Part shown: positions 59,171 through 64,000 of the stretch, piece by piece
Position numbering within the stretch: position 1 is the first letter of the stretch
Layout of the letters: every line of letters begins with the position of its first letter
Source of the DNA: Gemmatimonadota bacterium
GTDB lineage: Bacteria; Gemmatimonadota; Gemmatimonadetes; Gemmatimonadales; GWC2-71-9
Length of the DNA: 64,000 nucleotides
Reading direction: 5' to 3'
NCBI GenBank assembly: GCA_039588295.1
Contig: JBDHAB010000004.1
Coordinates: 32,001 to 96,000 of the forward strand
Made by a program: the position numbers and the translations under genes
Notes under the pieces: model-generated
What the model saw: the letters and a program-made list of their open reading frames with translations, nothing else
Told to the model about the DNA's origin: nothing
Database searches by the model: none

Positions 59171-61723
59171 TCATTCGGCGATTTCCCGGAGCATCGCGAG
59201 CGGCGGGCGGTTTGCGAGGTCTCGACCACCCCAGAATCCGATGATGGTCGTGAGCGCACAGGCACCGACTCCGAGCACTGCCAGCGGGAGCAGTGGGAGA
59301 CTGAAACGCAGGTCAAACAGGAATCGCGTCGCGGCCCATCCGGCGATTCCCGCCAGCACGATGCCACTTACCGCCGCCAACGACCCAAGTGCCAAGTACT
59401 CGACTCCCAGGATGCGGACGACCTGGCGTGTCTCTGCGCCGAGCGTCTTGAGGAGCACGTTTTCCCGGAGCCGTTCGTACCGGGAGGTCGCCACAGCAGC
59501 GATCAGGACGGCGATGCCGCACACGATACTGAAGAGCGCCATGACACGAACCGCAAGCGTGACGCTTTGAACCACGGTGTCGATGGTTTCCTGCACGAGC
59601 CGGAGGTCGACCACCGATACGTTCGGGTGGTTGACGACCAGTTCCCGTTGCAGCGTCATGTTGGCCTCGAGGTCGCCGACATGGGTCAACATCACGAAGG
59701 TCTGCGGCGCCTGCTCGAGGGCCCCGGGCTCGAAGACAACGAAGAAGTTCGGTTCGAATCTCGCCCAATCGACCGTGCGGACGCTCGCGATCTCGCTCTC
59801 CACGGTGACCCCCTGGACGTCCCAGGTGATGTGATCTCCGAGGTCGACCCGGAGTTCCTCCGCGAGGCTCTCTTCGATCGAAATCCGCACGACGTCCGGT
59901 TGGACGGTCGGCGTCGGGCGATGCCACCATTCGCCGGCGACGACGGTTTCGGAGTTGACAACGGTGTCGCGATAGGTGTTGCGATACTCTCGGCGCAGCG
60001 CCCACCGCGAGGGCCGCTGGCCGGTGGTATCCCGCAGCAGGGAGTCGACCGACCGCTCGTTGATCGCGGCAATGCGTGACGGAACCATGGGGACCGGTGC
60101 GAGACTCGTGTCGGCATGGATACGCAGGAGTCGTTCCACCCCGGCCACCTGATCCGGTTGAACGTCGAACACCACGAGATTCGGCCGGTCGGTTCGCATA
60201 TCGAAGGCAAGCTGATCCAGGATGTTGCGCTGTACGACGTCCAGGGATCCCAGCAAGAAGACGCCGAATCCCACCGTGAGCGTGACCGAGACGGTTTGGT
60301 TGTGCGGCCGGAAGAGGTTGGCGACCCCCTGGCGCACGACGTACGGGGCGCGACGAGGGAAGAAACGGTGGGTGGCCCGCATCAAGGCCCATGCGGTTAC
60401 CCAGAGGGCGCACATGGTGACCGTAATGGCGATGGCAAACGCGAGCCCCGCGGCGGGTACTGGTGCCTGAGATAGACACAGCCCCAGGACCGTCAGACCC
60501 AGAACCGCATACGTAGCGACCCGCCAGACGTCGATTCGTCGTGCAGGGGCGTCGAACCCTCGCCGAAGTGCGCGCAGCGGTGCGACGCCCCGGATGGTGA
60601 GAAGCGGCAGGACGCCGAACGCCAAGGCCACCCACAACCCGAGTCCGAGCCCGGCGAGGACCGGTCCGGGCCGGATGGATGTGCCCACCTCCAGCGGGAG
60701 AAAATCGGCGAGGAGCCCCGGAAGGCTCCGCTCGACGAGCAGTCCGATCGCGATCCCGATGGCCGACCCCGCCAGTCCAATGAGCACCGCCTGGAGGAGG
60801 TAGACGGCGAACACCGTCCGTTGGGAGGCACCGAGGCAGCGAAGCACAGCGACCGTGTTGAGCTTGCGCTTCACGTAGACGTTCACGGCGCTCGCCGTTG
60901 CCACCCCGCCCAGCAGCAGCGCCATGAGTCCCACGAGCCCGAGAAAGCGACCGAGCGCGTCGGAGTACTCCGCCAGACTCTCCTCGCGGTCCGCCGCAGT
61001 CGCGGCGCGGACCCGAGCCTCCTCGAGGAGGTCTTCGTATTCCTCGATGAAGGCGCTGGCGGCCGCACCGTCGCCGAGGTTCAGGTACGCGGCGTATCGA
61101 GCGCGGCTTCCAAAGCGGAGGAGGTTCGTCTCTTGAAGGTGCGCGGCGGGGATGTAGACGCGTGGCCCGATCGCGGCCTGAATCCCTACCTCGCCGGGGA
61201 TCCGTTCAAGCGCCGCCGCGACCACGAAGTCGGCGTCGCCGATACGGAGCGTGTCTCCGACACCGGCATCCAAGTACACGAGTCCGGAAGGATCGGCGAG
61301 CACCAAACGCCCAGCTGCCCGCAGCACGCCCCATCGACCAGCGGGATGCGTCTCGATCGTTCCGTAGTAGGGATACTCACCTGCTACCGCACGCACGTCG
61401 ACGAGTCGGGTACGACCGGTGCGCGGCGCCAACACCATCGAGGTGAAACTGGTGATGTAGGAGACGGCCGTGCCGGATCCTTCGAGGGAGTCGAGAACGG
61501 CTTGTACCGGTTCCGGGAACGGACGGGAGCTGCGCAGTTCCATGTCTGCGCCAAGGAGCCCACGCGCTTGTTGGTGAATCGCGGCCGCCACGTCGGCCCG
61601 GAACGAGATGATCGCGACGAGTGCCGCAACGCCCAGCGCGATGGCTCCCGAGTAGAGACCGATCTGCTTTCGACCCGAGCGCGCCTCGCGGACGGCCATC
61701 GCGAGGACAAACCCGTGGGTCAC
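59171..61723 (-). CDS. YbbP-like ABC transporter permease (FtsX family)
   Basis: IALGVAALVAI, LLGAD, AVLRCLGAS, VDWARFEPNFFVVF and LLKTLGA. Confidence 0.9.
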   Translation of the reverse strand: MTHGFVLAMAVREARSGRKQIGLYSGAIALGVAALVAIISFRADVAAAIHQQARGLLGADMELRSSRPFPEPVQAVLDSLEGSGTAVSYITSFTSMVLAPRTGRTRLVDVRAVAGEYPYYGTIETHPAGRWGVLRAAGRLVLADPSGLVYLDAGVGDTLRIGDADFVVAAALERIPGEVGIQAAIGPRVYIPAAHLQETNLLRFGSRARYAAYLNLGDGAAASAFIEEYEDLLEEARVRAATAADREESLAEYSDALGRFLGLVGLMALLLGGVATASAVNVYVKRKLNTVAVLRCLGASQRTVFAVYLLQAVLIGLAGSAIGIAIGLLVERSLPGLLADFLPLEVGTSIRPGPVLAGLGLGLWVALAFGVLPLLTIRGVAPLRALRRGFDAPARRIDVWRVATYAVLGLTVLGLCLSQAPVPAAGLAFAIAITVTMCALWVTAWALMRATHRFFPRRAPYVVRQGVANLFRPHNQTVSVTLTVGFGVFLLGSLDVVQRNILDQLAFDMRTDRPNLVVFDVQPDQVAGVERLLRIHADTSLAPVPMVPSRIAAINERSVDSLLRDTTGQRPSRWALRREYRNTYRDTVVNSETVVAGEWWHRPTPTVQPDVVRISIEESLAEELRVDLGDHITWDVQGVTVESEIASVRTVDWARFEPNFFVVFEPGALEQAPQTFVMLTHVGDLEANMTLQRELVVNHPNVSVVDLRLVQETIDTVVQSVTLAVRVMALFSIVCGIAVLIAAVATSRYERLRENVLLKTLGAETRQVVRILGVEYLALGSLAAVSGIVLAGIAGWAATRFLFDLRFSLPLLPLAVLGVGACALTTIIGFWGGRDLANRPPLAMLREIAE

Positions 61724-62415
61724 GAGCGGGCTGTCTCCGAGTTGGGGACGATTCGGCCGCCTGAGAGCCGCACGATCCGGTGCGCGTTGCGAGCGAGTTG
61801 CTGGTCGTGGGTGACCAGCACCAACGTCGTCGCCGCCTCCTGATTGAGCGCAATGAGGAGATCGATGACGGCGCCACCGGTTTCTGCGTCGAGGTTTCCG
61901 GTTGGCTCGTCGGCGAACAGGATCTTCGGTTGATTCGCGAATGCGCGGGCGAGCGCCACACGCTGCTGCTCACCTCCGGACAACTGTGCCGGATAGTGAT
62001 GGACGCGTTCGGCCAGCCCTACGCGGCCGAGGAGCTCCCGCGCGCGCCGGTCCGCTGCGGCGCCGTGACCGGCTGCAGGGTGAAGCTCCACAGGCACCAA
62101 CACGTTTTCGAGCGCCGTGAGTGTGGGAATCAGCTGGAAGGTCTGAAACACGAAGCCGACTTTCTCGGCCCGGATCCGCGCGCGCTCGTCCTCGCTGAGT
62201 CCTCCCAGCTCCTGACCGTCGAGCCGGACGCTGCCACGCGTCGGTCGATCGAGACCGGCCAGCAACCCCAGCAGCGTGGTCTTGCCACTCCCGGAAGGCC
62301 CGACGATGGCGACGAACCCCTGAGGCTCGACCGCCAGGCTGATGTCCCGCAACACCGTGAGCGGACGGCCCCCGCTCATGTATGTTTGTTCCAGGTTCTC
62401 GGCGACAATCATCAT
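61720..62415 (-). CDS. YbbA/LolD-like ABC ATP-binding protein
   Basis: GPSGSGKTT, LSGGEQQRV, DEPTGNLD and VTHD. Confidence 0.92.
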   Translation of the reverse strand: MMIVAENLEQTYMSGGRPLTVLRDISLAVEPQGFVAIVGPSGSGKTTLLGLLAGLDRPTRGSVRLDGQELGGLSEDERARIRAEKVGFVFQTFQLIPTLTALENVLVPVELHPAAGHGAAADRRARELLGRVGLAERVHHYPAQLSGGEQQRVALARAFANQPKILFADEPTGNLDAETGGAVIDLLIALNQEAATTLVLVTHDQQLARNAHRIVRLSGGRIVPNSETARS

Positions 62416-63118
62416 GACACGCAAGATACTCGCACTCACGGTTGCAACGCTGGTCGCAGCGTGCGGAGGTGAATCGCCCGGAGGCGGGGGGGGGGGCCGT
62501 CAGGCCGCTGCGGAGGAAGGCGCTTCAGCGATTCGGGAACGCGCGGTGGTGCTGGTCGTCGGCACGAGCCTCACCGCCGGCCTCGGTGTGGAGTTGGAGC
62601 AGGCGTATCCGGCGTTGCTGCAGGCGAAGGTCGACAGCGCGATGCTCCCGTTTCGAGTGATCAACGCGGGAGTGAGCGGGGAAACCTCGGCTGGCGGCGT
62701 GCGGCGAATCGATTGGCTGGTGCGCGAACCGGTGGCCGTCCTGGTGCTCGAGCTCGGCGCCAATGATGGGTTGCGCGGGCTCGACCCAAGCGCGATGCGC
62801 GATAATCTGCAGACCATTATCGATCGTACACGGGCCGCGCACCCGAACGTACGGGTCGTGCTCGCCGGCATGGAGGCGCCCCCCAACATGGGTGGCGGAT
62901 ACACCGATGCGTTCCGCGAAGTGTACCCTCGCCTCGCGCGGCACAACAACGCCACGCTCATCCCGTTTCTGCTGGATGGAGTGGCCGGTGTGCCCGAGCT
63001 CAATCAGGGGGACGGGATCCATCCCACGGCCGAAGGTCAAGCGCGCATTGCCGAGACGGTGTGGGCCTGGGTGCAACCCGTCCTCCACGAACTGGCAGCG
63101 GAGCGTGTGATCCGGTGA
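62414..63118 (+). CDS. tesA: TesA-like arylesterase (SGNH hydrolase), lipoprotein
   Basis: LVAAC lipobox; GTSLTAG, NAGVSGET, ELGANDGLRG and DGIHP. Confidence 0.88.
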   Translation: MTRKILALTVATLVAACGGESPGGGGGGRQAAAEEGASAIRERAVVLVVGTSLTAGLGVELEQAYPALLQAKVDSAMLPFRVINAGVSGETSAGGVRRIDWLVREPVAVLVLELGANDGLRGLDPSAMRDNLQTIIDRTRAAHPNVRVVLAGMEAPPNMGGGYTDAFREVYPRLARHNNATLIPFLLDGVAGVPELNQGDGIHPTAEGQARIAETVWAWVQPVLHELAAERVIR

Positions 63119-63155
63119 GGTGCCGCACGCGCGAGAAAGGGGTGAGAGGCAGCTG

Positions 63156-63794
63156 ATGACGGTACCCGTGCAGCAACCGGGTAAGATCGTGTGCGTCGGT
63201 CGCAATTACGTCGATCACGCGAACGAACTCGGCAACGTCGTACCCGAGCGCCCGCTGTTGTTCTTCAAACCGCCGTCCGCCGTCATTGGGGACGGGGACC
63301 CGATCGTCGTCCCCGCCGCATCGCAGCGGGTCGAGCACGAAGCGGAGATCGGTGTGATCGTCGGCCGCACCCTGCGACGGATTTCCGAGTCGGACGCGCT
63401 CGGCGGTGTTGCTGGCGTCGTGTGTGTCAACGACGTCACGGCAAGAGATCTCCAGCGTACTGACAACCAGTGGGCTCGGGCCAAGGGGTTCGATACGTTT
63501 TGTCCCATCGGACCCAGGATGGTGCCGTTGGAGTACCTGCCCGCATGGTCGGAGCTGGAGGTCTTCGGTCGTGTGAACGGGGACCTGCGGCAACACGGTG
63601 CAGCACGCGACATGATGTTCGGGATCCCCCGCATCCTATCGTACATATCGCACATCATGACGCTCGAGCCTGGTGATCTAGTTGCGACGGGAACGCCAGC
63701 CGGGGTCGGCCGGCTGGCACCGGGCGACATCGTGGAGGTTGAGGTGTCGGGGGTCGGAACTCTGCAGAACCCCGTGGTGGCGGAGTCCAACTGA
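63156..63794 (+). CDS. Fumarylacetoacetate hydrolase family protein
   Basis: KIVCVGRNYVDHA, FFKP, HEAE, NDVTARDLQ, KGFDTFCP and TGTPAG. Confidence 0.92.
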   Translation: MTVPVQQPGKIVCVGRNYVDHANELGNVVPERPLLFFKPPSAVIGDGDPIVVPAASQRVEHEAEIGVIVGRTLRRISESDALGGVAGVVCVNDVTARDLQRTDNQWARAKGFDTFCPIGPRMVPLEYLPAWSELEVFGRVNGDLRQHGAARDMMFGIPRILSYISHIMTLEPGDLVATGTPAGVGRLAPGDIVEVEVSGVGTLQNPVVAESN

Positions 63795-63796
63795 TT

Positions 63797-63824
63797 CCGG
63801 GCGCCCGCCGAGTCGGGCGCCCGG
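63797..63824. terminator. Hairpin between convergent genes
   Basis: CCGGGCGCCCG-CCGAGT-CGGGCGCCCGG, a perfect 11-bp stem. Confidence 0.65.
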
Positions 63825-63829
63825 GCAGA

Positions 63830-64000
63830 TCATGCCACGGCGCGTGTGTCTTCGCGCTTCGCCGCCTCCCACCCGATGATGGCCTTCTTGCGCGCGGCGC
63901 CCCATCGGTACTCACCGAACGCCCCCGTGCTCTGAATCACGCGGTGACAGGGAATCAGATACGCAATCGGATTTCGCGCGATGGCACCACCGACGGCGCG
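63830..64000 (-). CDS. Methylated-DNA--protein-cysteine methyltransferase (Ada/Ogt), 3' part only
   Basis: Manual translation RAVGGAIARNPIAYLIPCHRVIQSTGAFGEYRWGAARKKAIIGWE...*, containing the PCHR active site. Confidence 0.9.
   Translation of the reverse strand, partial: RAVGGAIARNPIAYLIPCHRVIQSTGAFGEYRWGAARKKAIIGWEAAKREDTRAVA

Overview
A high-GC, gene-dense bacterial chromosomal window; the gene complement suggests Gemmatimonadota (inference only). I found no mobile elements, CRISPR arrays, rRNA or tRNA. Housekeeping content includes lipA-pdhA-pdhB-pdhC-lpdA-lipB, gcvH-gcvP with a LipM-like octanoyltransferase, an Opp/Dpp ABC transporter, gdh, tdk, HU, folE, a pyrimidine nucleoside phosphorylase and tesA/ybbAP. 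The most notable region is a ~15 kb co-oriented run (32374-47091) whose genes mostly overlap at start/stop codons. It opens with a selenoprotein hidden from the ORF track (PrdB/GrdB-like, in-frame TGA in a UxxC motif followed by a SECIS-like hairpin, no PrdA partner in the window). It continues through DmpA, an aminotransferase, a tandem DUF2283-like protein and an amidohydrolase. It ends in a complete archaeal-style nurA-herA-mre11(sbcD)-rad50(sbcC) DNA end-resection set, which is interrupted by two paralogous signal-peptide proteins and followed by a GNAT. Other items absent from or obscured in the ORF track are a compact 6S RNA with a sigma70 promoter, two small proteins (FmdB zinc ribbon; 50-aa membrane protein), a CoaE-PIG-L fusion lacking the catalytic Asp, a DEAD-box pseudo-helicase with a DbpA RNA-binding domain, and several likely CTG starts. 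Family assignments come from motif recognition by eye; no searches were run.
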